The notes under the pieces were generated by a model, which was not told the DNA's origin, ran no database searches, and worked only from the letters and a program-made list of their open reading frames with translations. From Burkholderiales bacterium (GTDB lineage Bacteria > Pseudomonadota > Gammaproteobacteria > Burkholderiales > Burkholderiaceae_C), in contig JAECRL010000013.1 of the NCBI GenBank assembly GCA_016000265.1, positions 7,387-71,386 on the forward strand: a stretch of 64,000 bases of DNA, given 5' to 3'. The position numbers were made by a program, and so were the translations under genes. Every line of letters starts with the position of its first letter. Within the stretch, counting starts at the first letter, position 1. Shown here one piece after another: positions 1 through 9,862 of this stretch.

Positions 1-683
1 TTGATCATCGGGTCGAGCTTCTTGTACTTCTTGACGCTGTCGCTGTTGAGCTTGGCGTCAAACGCCGGCGACATCATCACCAGGCACTTCGGCGTGGGCA
101 GGCCCTCCAGCTCCAGCGCCTTGAAGACCAGCAGCGTCAGCGTGCCGCCGGCCGAGTCACCGGCCACCGCGATGTTCTCGGGCTTGTAGCCGCGCTTGAG
201 CAGGTCCTTGAAGCCCTCGACCGAGTCCTCGATCTGCGCGGGGAAGGGGTGCTCGGGCACGCGACGGTAGTGGATGGCCAGCACCTCGCAGTTGGCCAGG
301 CGGCTCAGGCGCGTGGTGATGCTGCGGTGGCTGCGCGGGCTGCCCGCGCAGAAAGCGCCGCCGTGCAGGTACAGCAGCGCGTGCTTCGGCTGAGGCGTGG
401 CTTTCGGCGTGATGCGCTCGGCCGTCATGTGGCCCACCTTCACGTGCTCGACCTTGACGCCACCGCCCGGCGGCATCGACACCGACAGCGTGTGCAGCAC
501 GGCGCGCTGCAGGCCCACCGGCATCGGCGGCTTGATCACCGGCTTGAACAGGAAGCGCAGGCTGGCGCGCATCAGGGCCGAGGTGATGCCCTCCAGCACA
601 CCCGGCACGGGCGGGTAGCTGCGCTGGATGGGCGCCGAAGCGGATGCGGAGGTGGCGGGGGTGGGGTTCATGACGGCGGACAT
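1..683 (-). CDS. Alpha/beta hydrolase, HSL-family esterase/lipase (3' end runs off window start)
   Basis: Not in ORF track because no stop in window. Manual translation from ATG at 683: MSAVMNPT...LLYLHGGAFCAGS...YRRVPEHPFPAQIED...IAVAGDSAGG; HGG oxyanion and GDSAG nucleophile motifs. Confidence 0.9.
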   Translation of the reverse strand, partial: MSAVMNPTPATSASASAPIQRSYPPVPGVLEGITSALMRASLRFLFKPVIKPPMPVGLQRAVLHTLSVSMPPGGGVKVEHVKVGHMTAERITPKATPQPKHALLYLHGGAFCAGSPRSHRSITTRLSRLANCEVLAIHYRRVPEHPFPAQIEDSVEGFKDLLKRGYKPENIAVAGDSAGGTLTLLVFKALELEGLPTPKCLVMMSPAFDAKLNSDSVKKYKKLDPMI

Positions 684-739
684 GTTCGGGTCGGTCGATC
701 CTGCGTTGACTTCGGTCGTGACGGCAGCAACACGGGGCC

Positions 740-1582
740 TCAGCCCAGCATGCCCTTCTTGGCAAACAGGGTGATGAGCGGTTGATACCACGAACCCAGC
801 ACGCGCACGAGCTTGTCGAGGAACTTGGCATCCAGGCCGACCAGCACGCGGCGCTGGTTGCCCTCGACCGCGGACAGGATCTGGCGCGCCGCGCTCTCGG
901 CGGTCGTCGCGTTGAGCAGCTTGTCGAACTTGGCGCGGGCCTCTTCGGTCTTGCCCCCGGTGGCGCGGTGCATGCTCTCGTCCATCTTGGCCGTGCGTGC
1001 GATGTTGGTGCGGATGCCGCCCGGGTGCACGCAGGTTGCGCTCACGCCGCACTGGGCCATGTCCAGCTCCTGGCGCAGCGCCTCGGTGTAGCCGCGCACG
1101 GCGAACTTGCTGGCGTTGTAGGTGCCCTGGGTGGGCACGGACAACAGGCCGAACAGGCTGGAGGTGTTGACGATGTGGCCTTCACCGGCCTTCTTGAGGT
1201 GCGGCAGGAAGGCCTGGGTGCCCCAGACCACGCCCCAGAAGTTGATGCCCATGATCCACTCGAAGTCTTCGGGCTTGACCGTCTCGACGAAGGCCCCGAG
1301 CGCCACACCGGCGTTGTTGAAGATCAGGTTGACCTGGCCGTGGTCGCGGGCGGTCTGGTCGGCCCAGGCGTACATGGCCTCGCGGTCGGCCACGTTGAGC
1401 TTGGCGGTGGTGACCTTGACGCCCAGCTTGGAGGCCATCGAGGCGGTCTCGGCCAGGCCCTTCTCGTTGACGTCGCTCAGCGAGAGGTGGCAGCCGCGGC
1501 GGGCCAGCTCCAGCGCCAGGGTGCGGCCCATGCCGGATGCAGCGCCCGTGATGGCGGCGACCTTGTTCTTGAAGTTCTTCAT
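740..1582 (-). CDS. Short-chain dehydrogenase/reductase (SDR)
   Basis: MKNFKNKVAAITGAASGMG (TGxxxGxG), NNAG, YNASK (YxxxK); start set at ATG 1582. Confidence 0.93.
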   Translation of the reverse strand: MKNFKNKVAAITGAASGMGRTLALELARRGCHLSLSDVNEKGLAETASMASKLGVKVTTAKLNVADREAMYAWADQTARDHGQVNLIFNNAGVALGAFVETVKPEDFEWIMGINFWGVVWGTQAFLPHLKKAGEGHIVNTSSLFGLLSVPTQGTYNASKFAVRGYTEALRQELDMAQCGVSATCVHPGGIRTNIARTAKMDESMHRATGGKTEEARAKFDKLLNATTAESAARQILSAVEGNQRRVLVGLDAKFLDKLVRVLGSWYQPLITLFAKKGMLG

Positions 1583-1840
1583 GTGGGTCCTCGGTGTCTG
1601 CCCGCCTGGCGTGGCGCGCTCGGTTGTCATCGCTGGGGAGCGAGCCAGGCCAGAGGGCCCGCAGACACAGGAAGCACCGCGATCTGCGGCCCACATCGCC
1701 CCGCAGCCACCCCACCAGCCCCCCGCCGCCACAAACGTGAGGCAAGATGCCGTGTTGGTCGCTCGGGCGGCCAGGCGCCCAACGGTGCGAAAATCCCGGG
1801 TGTCTGTCGGCCTCGGCCTGACACAGTCCTGACCAGGGTC

Positions 1841-1879
1841 ATTTGACAATGGTCAATTTCAAAATGGTATTTGACAATG
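1841..1879. promoter_or_regulatory. Putative TetR operator / divergent promoter region
   Basis: Palindrome TTGAC-AATG-GTCAA at 1843-1856; ATTTGACAATG repeated at 1841 and 1869; AT-rich patch just upstream of the TetR gene. Confidence 0.5.
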
Positions 1880-2614
1880 CCCGTTTCCAGAACGAGGGTT
1901 AACCCTGAAGCCCCCTCCACCACGGGGACAAACGGCCGGCGTTACGGCGGGGTCGACTCCGATGAGCGACAGCGCCAACGGCGCGCACGCCTGATCGAGG
2001 CCGGCCTGGCCGTGTTCGGGGAGCAGGGCTACCACCAGTCCACCGTTCGGGACGTCTGCAAACAGGCGCAGCTCACCTCGCGCTACTTCTATGAGTCGTT
2101 CGAGAGCATGGAGGCGCTCTTTCGCGCGGTGTTCGCCGAGGTGAACCGCCAGCTCATGCAGGCCACGATCCTGTCGCTGGCCACCTGCCAGCCCGAGCCG
2201 GACAAGCTCGCCGAGGCCGCGCTGCGCACCTTCCTGGAGTTCATCCGCGAAGACCCGCACCGCGCCCGCGTCGCCCTGATCGACGCCGCCAACGCCGGCG
2301 AAGGGCTGACGGTGCTGTCCGAGCAGGCCTCGCAAGACTTCGCCTTGCTGATCGCCGGCTTCATGCAGCAGATGTTCCCCAACCTCGAGGACAGCGGCCT
2401 GGACTTCAACATGCTGGCCAACGGCCTGGTGGGCGCCAACACCCGCGTGGCCACGCAGTGGGTCGCCGACCGCTGCAAGGCCCCCCTGGAGAGCGTGCTG
2501 CACAACCTGCTGACGCTGTTCAAGGCGTGCACCGCCTACGCCCGCGAGCAGGAGCAGGCTCAAGCCAAGCTCAAGCAACCGGCGCAGGCCGAAGCCAAGC
2601 GCAAGTCCGCCTGA
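1877..2614 (+). CDS. TetR/AcrR family transcriptional regulator
   Basis: RRARLIEAGLAVFGEQGYHQSTVRDVCKQAQLTSRYFYESF N-terminal HTH; divergent from SDR/esterase. Confidence 0.92.
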   Translation: MPVSRTRVNPEAPSTTGTNGRRYGGVDSDERQRQRRARLIEAGLAVFGEQGYHQSTVRDVCKQAQLTSRYFYESFESMEALFRAVFAEVNRQLMQATILSLATCQPEPDKLAEAALRTFLEFIREDPHRARVALIDAANAGEGLTVLSEQASQDFALLIAGFMQQMFPNLEDSGLDFNMLANGLVGANTRVATQWVADRCKAPLESVLHNLLTLFKACTAYAREQEQAQAKLKQPAQAEAKRKSA

Positions 2615-2671
2615 CGACGCCTGGGCCACCCCCGGCCGGCCCGGGGCCTGCGCTCAGCGCCCGGGCGGCGC

Positions 2672-3964
2672 TCAGATGAAGAAGCCCTCGAACAGCGCCA
2701 CCAGCCACTGAATCGGGTTGACCGACAGCACGCGCTTGCGGTCGCCTTGCTGGTCTTGTTCGATGACGCGCAGCACCGGCTTCGTGTCATCGACCAGGTT
2801 GTTGTAGAAGTCCACCACCGACTTGTGGCCGGCTTCTTCGATGCCGGTGCCGGTGAAGTCCAGCGTGACCAGGGTGTGCGACTTGAGGAACGGGCGCCAG
2901 ACCGGCAGGTAGTAGCCGGTGTTGCCCGCCGCGCGCAGCTGCGAGACCCAGTTGTTCAGGTCGCGGCGCCACAGCACGTTGATGGCGGCGTCCTTGTCCT
3001 TGCCGGTGAGCGACGCGATCTCGGGGTAGAAGCTGTTGTACGAGAAGGCCGAGAAGATGCCGTCTTCCTGGAAGGCCATGTAGCCGAAGCGGTCCTTGGG
3101 GAAGACCTTGGGCAGGCCGCTGTTGAGGGTCGACAGGTCGGAGACGTCGCCGGCCTGCGGGAACTGGCTGATCAGCTCGGTGGCCACGCCATCGGCGCGG
3201 TCCACGCCCCACAGCGAGCGCACCTTGTTTTGCAGCGGCAGCGAGGGGTACTGCGCCGAGGTGCCCGACTGAGGCGCCGGGAACAGCGGGCCGGAGTCCG
3301 CCGCCAGGGCCGATTTGGCCGGGTTCAGGGCCAGGCGCAGCACGCCGTAGTTGGCCGTGGCCCCCACGCCACCGGCCGAGGAGCCCGACACCAGCAGGTG
3401 CTCGGGCTTGGGCAGGTTGGCGGCCATCCAGGCGCCCAGCGCCTTGGCGTTCTTGTAGCCGCGGTGGTAGTAGACGGTGGGCTTGGCGGCGTCGGCGTCG
3501 TTGTAGGTGATGATGTTGGCGCCGGTGTGCACGTCGCCCGTGCAGTAGGGCACGTAGACGATGTTCCAGTTCTGCGTGTAGATCTTGCCCAGCAGCGGCG
3601 TGCGGGTGATCAGCGGCGTGGCCATGCCGAAGCCCGCCAGGTTGAGCTGGCTGAAGTAGTTCTCGGGCACGCCATTGGGGTTGGAGGCCACCTCGGTCAG
3701 CTTGCCCTTGCCCAGGCAGCCGTTCTGGTTCCAGCAGGCACCGCCGCCCTCGAAGTACACCAGGGTCTTGGTGGTCATCGGGGTGCGGTTGACGAACACC
3801 CGAGCCGGGGTGCCGTTGCCGCAGGACGCGCCCGACGCCGCCGGCAGCGTCACCGGGGTCCACTTGTAGTACTCGACGGCGGCCTGGGCCAGCATCGGCA
3901 GGCTCAGGGCGAGGCTGGCGAGCAGGGCGGGGCGGTGGAGGGCGGGGCGGTGGGTGGGGCGCAT
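2672..3964 (-). CDS. Secreted pectin acetylesterase/Notum-like alpha/beta hydrolase
   Basis: Signal peptide ending AQA; YFEGGGACW, YVPYCTGDVHTG and SGSSAGG motifs typical of the family. Confidence 0.8.
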   Translation of the reverse strand: MRPTHRPALHRPALLASLALSLPMLAQAAVEYYKWTPVTLPAASGASCGNGTPARVFVNRTPMTTKTLVYFEGGGACWNQNGCLGKGKLTEVASNPNGVPENYFSQLNLAGFGMATPLITRTPLLGKIYTQNWNIVYVPYCTGDVHTGANIITYNDADAAKPTVYYHRGYKNAKALGAWMAANLPKPEHLLVSGSSAGGVGATANYGVLRLALNPAKSALAADSGPLFPAPQSGTSAQYPSLPLQNKVRSLWGVDRADGVATELISQFPQAGDVSDLSTLNSGLPKVFPKDRFGYMAFQEDGIFSAFSYNSFYPEIASLTGKDKDAAINVLWRRDLNNWVSQLRAAGNTGYYLPVWRPFLKSHTLVTLDFTGTGIEEAGHKSVVDFYNNLVDDTKPVLRVIEQDQQGDRKRVLSVNPIQWLVALFEGFFI

Positions 3965-4198
3965 GGGCGGGTCCAAATCAAGGAGCAGCAGGGAGCAGCG
4001 GGGAGCGGCAGGGTGCCGCTGGGTCTCGTGGGCATGCTGAATCGAGTGGCTCGTTTAATGAACCGCGTAAACCCCGAAACCCGATCACATCCACCCAGTT
4101 GAACGCCGGGTCAACCCCGGGGGCTGCGGGCGACAGGCTCGGCCGCGCAGGGGCTTGAGCAGATGCCTTAACCTCGGGGCTTCCCATCAGGAGATCGA

Positions 4199-5266
4199 AT
4201 GAAGCACTGGCCCCTCGCCGTCCCCCTGCTCGCCGCCGCCATCCTCGGCGCCAGCCTGTCGACGCCCCTGCCCGCGTGGCTGGCCGGGGTCTGCGGGTGT
4301 GCGCTGATCGGGGCCGTGATCGCGGCGGTGCACCACGCCGAGGTGGTGGCCCACCGCGTGGGCGAGCCTTTCGGCACCCTGGTGCTGGCGGTGGCCGTGA
4401 CGGTCATCGAGGTCGCCTTGATCGTCTCCATGATGCTGGCCGGCGGGGCCGACAAGGCCGCCCTGCCGCGCGACACCGTGTTCTCGGCGGTGATGATCAT
4501 CTGCACCGGGGTGGTGGGCCTGTGCGTGCTGGTGGGGGGCCTGCACCACCATGAGCAGCGTTTCCAGCTCGATGGCGCAGCTTCCGCGCTGGCGGCCCTG
4601 GTTGTGCTGGCGGGGCTGACGCTGGCCATGCCCTCCTTCACCACCAGCTCCGTGGGGCCGACCTACACCGTCTCGCAACTGACCTTCGTGGCCGTGTCCT
4701 CGCTGGTGCTGTGGGCCGCCTTCGTTTTCGTGCAGACGGTGCGCCACCGCGATTACTTCCTGCCCCCCCACGACGCCGACGACGAGGACATCCACGCCCA
4801 CCCGCCCACGAACACCCAGGCCTGGTTGAGCTTCGGCCTGCTGGTGCTCTCTCTGGTCACCGTGGTCGGGCTGGCCAAGCAACTGTCGCCTTACATCGAG
4901 TCGGGCGTGGTGGCCATGGGGGCGCCCAAGGCGGTCATCGGCATCGCCATCGCCTTGCTGGTGCTGCTGCCCGAGACCTGGGCGGCCATCCGCGCCGCCC
5001 GCGCCGATCGCCTGCAGACCAGCATGAACCTGGCGCTGGGCTCGGCGCTGGCCAGCATCGGCCTGACGATCCCGGTGGTGGTGGTCGCGGCGGTGTGGCT
5101 GAACCTGCCGCTGGAGCTGGGCCTGGCCCCCAAAGACCTGCTCATGCTGATGCTGACCTTCCTGGTCAGCGCCATCACGTTGAGCACCGGGCGCACCAAC
5201 ATCATGCTGGGTGCGGTGCACCTGGTGCTGTTCGCGGCCTTCCTGTTCCTGTCGCTGGTTCCCTGA
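4199..5266 (+). CDS. Ca2+/H+ antiporter, ChaA-like (CaCA superfamily)
   Basis: Multi-TM; HHAEVVAHRVGEPFGTLVLAVAVTVIEV and LLPE...SMNLALGSALASIGLTIP alpha-repeats. Confidence 0.9.
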   Translation: MKHWPLAVPLLAAAILGASLSTPLPAWLAGVCGCALIGAVIAAVHHAEVVAHRVGEPFGTLVLAVAVTVIEVALIVSMMLAGGADKAALPRDTVFSAVMIICTGVVGLCVLVGGLHHHEQRFQLDGAASALAALVVLAGLTLAMPSFTTSSVGPTYTVSQLTFVAVSSLVLWAAFVFVQTVRHRDYFLPPHDADDEDIHAHPPTNTQAWLSFGLLVLSLVTVVGLAKQLSPYIESGVVAMGAPKAVIGIAIALLVLLPETWAAIRAARADRLQTSMNLALGSALASIGLTIPVVVVAAVWLNLPLELGLAPKDLLMLMLTFLVSAITLSTGRTNIMLGAVHLVLFAAFLFLSLVP

Positions 5267-5316
5267 CGGCCCGAAGGGGCTTGGGACAGGGCTTGGCGCC
5301 ATGGGGCCCAGCCTTT

Positions 5317-5339
5317 AACATGCATTTTTAATGCAACTT
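5317..5339 (+). promoter_or_regulatory. NsrR binding site upstream of hmp
   Basis: AACATGCATTTTTAATGCAACTT fits the 11-1-11 NsrR box (AAGATGYATTT-N-AAATRCATCTT); lies 13 nt before the hmp ATG; nsrR is adjacent. Confidence 0.8.
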
Positions 5340-5351
5340 AAAGGACCCCCG

Positions 5352-6575
5352 ATGCTCCCGGCCCCCATCCGCGACCTCGTTCGCAGCACCGCCCCCCTGC
5401 TCCAGGCCCACGGCGAGACCCTGACGCGCCACTTCTACGCCCGCCTCTTCGAGCACCAGCCCGAGCTGCGCGCCGTCTTCAACCAGGGCCACCAGCGTTC
5501 GGGTCAGCAGCAGCAGGCCCTGGCCGGCGCCGTGGCCGCCTACGCCGCGCACATCGACGACCCGACCCCGCTGGCGCCGGTGCTGGAGCGCATCGCCCAC
5601 AAGCACGTCAGCCTGGGCATCCGAGCCGAACACTATGGCGTGGTCGGGCGACACCTGCTGGCCTCCATCGCCGAGGTGCTGGGGCCCGATCTGGCCACAC
5701 CCGAGTTGATCGAAGCCTGGCGCCAGGCCTACGGCCAACTCGCCGAGGTGCTGGTCAACGCCGAAAACAAGCTCTACGCGCAAGCGGTCTCGCAAGACGG
5801 CGGCTGGAGCGGCTGGCGGCGCTTTCGCATCGACGCCACCCACCTGGAGTCCAGCGAGGTGCGCTCCTTCGTGCTGAGCCCGCAAGACGGCGGCGCGGTC
5901 TGCGCGCACCTGCCTGGCCAGTACGTGTCGGTGCGCCTGACGGTGGACGAAGGCCGCCTGCAGCAGGCCCGCCAGTACAGCCTGTCGCAGGCCGCCAACG
6001 GGCGCACGCTGCGCATCTCGGTCAAGCGCGAAGACGCGGTGGCCACCGAGGGCGGCGGCATCCAGCCCGCGGGCATGGTCTCCAACACCCTGCACGACCA
6101 CCACCAGGTCGGCGACGTGGTCGAGGTGGCGCCCCCCATGGGCGAGTTCGTGCTGCACACCGACCGCAGCACGCCGGTGGTGCTGCTGAGCGCCGGCATC
6201 GGCGTCACCCCCATGCGCGCCATGCTGGAGCACCTCGGGCGCCACCAGCCGCAGCGCCACGTGTGGGCGCTGCACGCCGCGCGCGACCGCTCGGCCCTGG
6301 CCCTGCACGGCGAGGTGACGTCCCTGCTGCGCGACCTGCCCCACGCGCACCACCGCACGCACCTGGAAACGCTGGACGCGGCCTCGGCCGACGAGGGCAT
6401 GCTGCGCGGGCGCATGGACCTGGGCGCGCTGTCCGGCTCCCTGCCCCTGCGGGATGCGGACTTCTACCTCTGCGGCCCACTGGGCTTCATGCGCGCGCAG
6501 ATCCGCAGCCTGCGCGACCTGGGTGTGCCGGCCAACCGCATCCACGCCGAGGCCTTCGGCACCGGCGGGGTCTGA
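5352..6575 (+). CDS. hmp: Flavohemoprotein (NO dioxygenase)
   Basis: Globin (FNQGHQRSGQQQQALA, IAHKHVSLG) + FAD domain (RQYSL) + NAD domain (SAGIGVTP, FYLCGP, EAFG); AAGGA RBS before ATG 5352. Confidence 0.95.
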   Translation: MLPAPIRDLVRSTAPLLQAHGETLTRHFYARLFEHQPELRAVFNQGHQRSGQQQQALAGAVAAYAAHIDDPTPLAPVLERIAHKHVSLGIRAEHYGVVGRHLLASIAEVLGPDLATPELIEAWRQAYGQLAEVLVNAENKLYAQAVSQDGGWSGWRRFRIDATHLESSEVRSFVLSPQDGGAVCAHLPGQYVSVRLTVDEGRLQQARQYSLSQAANGRTLRISVKREDAVATEGGGIQPAGMVSNTLHDHHQVGDVVEVAPPMGEFVLHTDRSTPVVLLSAGIGVTPMRAMLEHLGRHQPQRHVWALHAARDRSALALHGEVTSLLRDLPHAHHRTHLETLDAASADEGMLRGRMDLGALSGSLPLRDADFYLCGPLGFMRAQIRSLRDLGVPANRIHAEAFGTGGV

Positions 6576-6596
6576 GCGATCCACTACCATGCGCCG

Positions 6597-7046
6597 ATGC
6601 AACTGACGCACTTCACGGACCTGGGCCTGCGTGTCCTGATGTACCTCACCCAGTCACAGGTTCTGCCGTCCCCGCCCCCCCAGCCACCCGTCACCATCGG
6701 CGAGATCGCACAGCGCTTCGACGTCTCCCGCCACCACCTCGTGAAGGTGGTGCAGCACCTCAGCCAGCGCGGCTGGGTGCACGCCACGCGCGGCAAGGGC
6801 GGCGGCCTGAGCCTGGGCCGCGCACCGGGCGAGATCCGCCTGGGCGAGCTGATCCGCGACCTCGAAGGCTCACGCTCGCTGGTCGACTGCAACGCGCCGC
6901 CTTGCGGCCTCCAGGGCCACTGCCAACTCAAGGGCATCCTCGATCAGGCCCTGCAAGCGCTGCACGACAAACTCGACGAATTCACCTTGCAGGACGCGGT
7001 GGCCTCGCCCACTCGCGAGACGCTCATCCAGCTGATTCGGCGCTGA
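6597..7046 (+). CDS. nsrR: Rrf2 family NO-sensing repressor NsrR
   Basis: MQLTHFTDLGLRVLMYL, HLVKVVQHL, RGKGGG, LVDCNAPPCGLQGHC (three Fe-S Cys); adjacent to hmp. Confidence 0.9.
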   Translation: MQLTHFTDLGLRVLMYLTQSQVLPSPPPQPPVTIGEIAQRFDVSRHHLVKVVQHLSQRGWVHATRGKGGGLSLGRAPGEIRLGELIRDLEGSRSLVDCNAPPCGLQGHCQLKGILDQALQALHDKLDEFTLQDAVASPTRETLIQLIRR

Positions 7047-7914
7047 GTTCGTCGCCGCGGGCGGCCTTGAGCCAGTCACGCGGCGACTGCCCCGTGCGCG
7101 CGGCAAACACCCGTGACAGCGCCGATGGGTTGGCGTAGCCCAGCTCCTCGGCCAGCAGCTTGATGGACTGCCCCTGGCGCAAGCGGGCCTGCGCCAGCAT
7201 GATGCGCCAGTCGGTGAGGTAGTCGGCCGGGGTCTGCCCCACGACCTCTCGGAAGGTGTTGGCGAACACCGTGCGCGACATGCCCGCGCAGTCGGCCAGG
7301 CGCTCCAGCGTCCAGGCCTCGCCCGGGGCCTCGTGCACCGCCACCAGGGCCCGCGCCAGGCGCGGCTCGGACAGCCCGGTGATCAGCCCCGGCTGGATGC
7401 CCGCCTCCTGCGGGTGGTCGAGCAACCAGCGCAGCAGCTGCAACAACACCACCTCGAAGAGCCGGTCGGCCATCAGGCGCTGGCCGCAGCGCACGCGGTC
7501 GGTCTCGGCAAACAGCAGCGTCAAGGCCGCGTCGAGCCCGTCCACGCGCGACAGCGGCAAGGCGATGAGCGGCGGCAAGGCCCGCGCCAGGGGGTTGCTG
7601 GCGCCGCCCTCGAACAGCAACTTGGCGCAGGTGAAGTCCGACCCTTCGAGCGGCGGGTTGTGAAAGCGGTGCGTGAGCGGGCGCGGGTACAGCAGCAGCG
7701 TCGGCTCTTTGAGCGCCAGGCGCTCGGGCACGTCGCGCCCGCCGGGATGCGAGACCTCCAGCATGCCGCGGCGCAGCACGTGCAGGTGGCCGTGGCCCTC
7801 CCCCGCGTCGAAGTGGCTCAGCCCGCACAGCGCCCCGGTGTGCGAGAGCTGCGCGCGAACGCGAAAGCGCTCCAGCAAACCGGAGAGGCGGTCAACAGGG
7901 GGCTGGGGGCTCAT
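7024..7914 (-). CDS. AraC family regulator with Cupin_6 domain, RclR-like (copy 1)
   Basis: DRLSGLLERF, GALCG and DFTC cysteines in the cupin domain; C-terminal AraC HTHs (WTLERLADCAGMSRTVF, LGYANPSALSRVF). Confidence 0.85.
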   Translation of the reverse strand: MSPQPPVDRLSGLLERFRVRAQLSHTGALCGLSHFDAGEGHGHLHVLRRGMLEVSHPGGRDVPERLALKEPTLLLYPRPLTHRFHNPPLEGSDFTCAKLLFEGGASNPLARALPPLIALPLSRVDGLDAALTLLFAETDRVRCGQRLMADRLFEVVLLQLLRWLLDHPQEAGIQPGLITGLSEPRLARALVAVHEAPGEAWTLERLADCAGMSRTVFANTFREVVGQTPADYLTDWRIMLAQARLRQGQSIKLLAEELGYANPSALSRVFAARTGQSPRDWLKAARGDELSAESAG

Positions 7915-7919
7915 GGCGG

Positions 7920-7946
7920 TACGAAATGGCATGTCTTGCGTACGAA
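7920..7946. promoter_or_regulatory. Putative AraC tandem binding site
   Basis: TACGAA at 7920 and 7941 (21-bp period) in the divergent intergenic region; same geometry at 20658/20679. Confidence 0.45.
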
Positions 7947-8011
7947 CTGTATCAACGAATGCGACTCGCCTCCAGATACTGCCCTCACCCCCACACATTC
8001 AAGGACGGAAC

Positions 8012-8779
8012 ATGCAAACCCGCTCGACCCTCTCCCTGCTGGCCCTGGCCACCAGCCTGACCTGCTCCTTCGCCTGGGCACACGATGGTGCCCACAAGGC
8101 GGCCCACCAGGGCGGCATCCAGGCGCCCGCCGTCAAGAAGACGGGCAAACCGCCCTTCGACATCATCCACACCAAGGTCACCACCGAGGGCAACACCGCC
8201 ATCTTCCACATGGCCGTCTCCGGCAAGGCCGGCCTGAGCCGCCCGACCAAGTCCGGCAAACTCGCCGGCAGCCAGGTCTTCTCGTACGTGTGGCCCACCT
8301 CGCTGGACCCATCGACCGTGGGCTTCGAGCCCAAGGCCGGCATCCTGGCCTTCGCGGTGACCTCTCACCCCGACTTCGACGACACCCCGCTGTTCGACGA
8401 AAACGGCGACGGCAACGCCACCAACGACGGCAACGTGTGGCACTCGCACTGGGTCGTGCTGCAACCCGATGACGCCTGCGGCAAAGGTGCGCTCAAGGTC
8501 GTCGACATCCCCGAAGGCGCCAAGCCCAAGCTGCCCAAGACCTGGCCGGGCCTGCCCATCCTGATCGACAGCCCGGGCTGGTCGCCCAAGATCAGTCAGG
8601 ACACGGTCGAGGTGCGCGTGCCCTTCGACGACATCGGCGCCGTCAACGCCGGCAGCTTCGACGGCGTGACCGCCGCGCTGCGCGTCAACGCCAGCGTGCA
8701 CAACCCGCTGCTGTGCGTCGTCAACGTCTTCAAGGTCGCCTCCGGCAACCTGTCCCTGCCGGGCAAGGTCAATCAGTGA
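8012..8779 (+). CDS. Secreted hypothetical protein, probable metal-binding
   Basis: Signal peptide ending AWA then HDGAH; DFDDTPLFDENGDG acidic loop and WHSHWVVL motif; AAGGA RBS. Confidence 0.75.
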   Translation: MQTRSTLSLLALATSLTCSFAWAHDGAHKAAHQGGIQAPAVKKTGKPPFDIIHTKVTTEGNTAIFHMAVSGKAGLSRPTKSGKLAGSQVFSYVWPTSLDPSTVGFEPKAGILAFAVTSHPDFDDTPLFDENGDGNATNDGNVWHSHWVVLQPDDACGKGALKVVDIPEGAKPKLPKTWPGLPILIDSPGWSPKISQDTVEVRVPFDDIGAVNAGSFDGVTAALRVNASVHNPLLCVVNVFKVASGNLSLPGKVNQ

Positions 8780-8841
8780 CCTCGGCCCTGTCCATCCCCG
8801 CCATCCCCGCCGTCCCCCCCTCCCACCCGAAAGGAACCACC

Positions 8842-9375
8842 ATGTCCCGCGTCAACCTCCAGCCCCAGCAAGCCCCCGCCGCCAGCCAGCCCCTGCTGGC
8901 CCAGATCAACCAGGCCTTCGGCGCCACGCCCAACATGTTCAAGGCCGTGGCCAACTCGCCGGCCGCGCTGCAAAGCATGTGGGCCGCCTTCGGGGCCCTG
9001 GGCACCGGCACCCTGGGTGCCAAGCTCGGCGAGCAGATCGCGGTGGCCATCGCCAACCGCAACCGCTGCGAGTACTGCCTGGCCGCGCACACCGTGCTGG
9101 GCCAGAACGCCGGCGCCTCCGCCACCGAGATGGCCGCCGCCCAGGTCGGCCAGTCCGATGATCCGCGCACCGCCGCCGCGCTGCGCTTCGCGCTCAAGGT
9201 CGTCACCGATCGCGCCCAACTCGCCGACGGCGACGTGGCCGAGCTGCACGAAGTCGGCTTCAAGGACGAGCAGGTCGTCGAGATCCTGGCCCACGTGGCT
9301 TTGAACCTCTACACGAACTACATCAACGTGGCGCTCAACGTGCCGGTCGACTTCCCCAAGGTCGCCCTGAAGTGA
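8842..9375 (+). CDS. AhpD/carboxymuconolactone decarboxylase family peroxidase-like protein (copy 1)
   Basis: PNMFKAVANSP, EQIAVAIANRNRCEYCLAAH (ExxxxxxxxxxxCxxCxxxH). Confidence 0.88.
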   Translation: MSRVNLQPQQAPAASQPLLAQINQAFGATPNMFKAVANSPAALQSMWAAFGALGTGTLGAKLGEQIAVAIANRNRCEYCLAAHTVLGQNAGASATEMAAAQVGQSDDPRTAAALRFALKVVTDRAQLADGDVAELHEVGFKDEQVVEILAHVALNLYTNYINVALNVPVDFPKVALK

Positions 9376-9391
9376 GTCAAGAGGCCGCCCG

Positions 9392-9862
9392 ATGAACCTC
9401 CAGATCGACGCCAGCGAATGGCTCAACACCCAGGCCCCCTTGTCGCTGCAGGCGCTGCGCGGCTCGGTGGTCGTGGTCACGGCCTTCCAGATGCTGTGCC
9501 GGGGCTGCGCTCAAACCAGCCTGCCGCAGGCCCGCAGCCTGCACCTGGCTTTCGCTCGGCCAGACCTGGTCGTCATCGGGCTGCACAGCGTGTTCGAACA
9601 CCACGAGGCCATGACCCCCACGGCCTTGCGGGCCTTCGTTCACGAGTACCAGCTGCCGTTTCCCATCGCCATCGACCGCCAGGTGCCCGGGGCCACGCTG
9701 CCCGCCACCATGCGCGCGTGGGACCTGCAGGGCACCCCGAGCATGCTGGTCTTCGACCGCCAGGGTGACTTGCAGGCCCACCACTTCGGGCACATGGACG
9801 ACCTGCGACTGGGCGCGCTGCTGGGTCAATTGATCGCCCAACCCACCCCCGAGACACCATGA
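9392..9862 (+). CDS. Redoxin/TlpA-like thioredoxin-fold protein
   Basis: LRGSVVVVTAFQMLCRGC (CxxC), VIGLHSVFEHH, LQGTPS. Confidence 0.8.
   Translation: MNLQIDASEWLNTQAPLSLQALRGSVVVVTAFQMLCRGCAQTSLPQARSLHLAFARPDLVVIGLHSVFEHHEAMTPTALRAFVHEYQLPFPIAIDRQVPGATLPATMRAWDLQGTPSMLVFDRQGDLQAHHFGHMDDLRLGALLGQLIAQPTPETP

Noticed and set aside
3981-4013. GGGAGCAGC-like 10-bp repeats upstream of the esterase gene
   Set aside because: Three degenerate GC-rich units, similar to other slippage tracts; no functional clue
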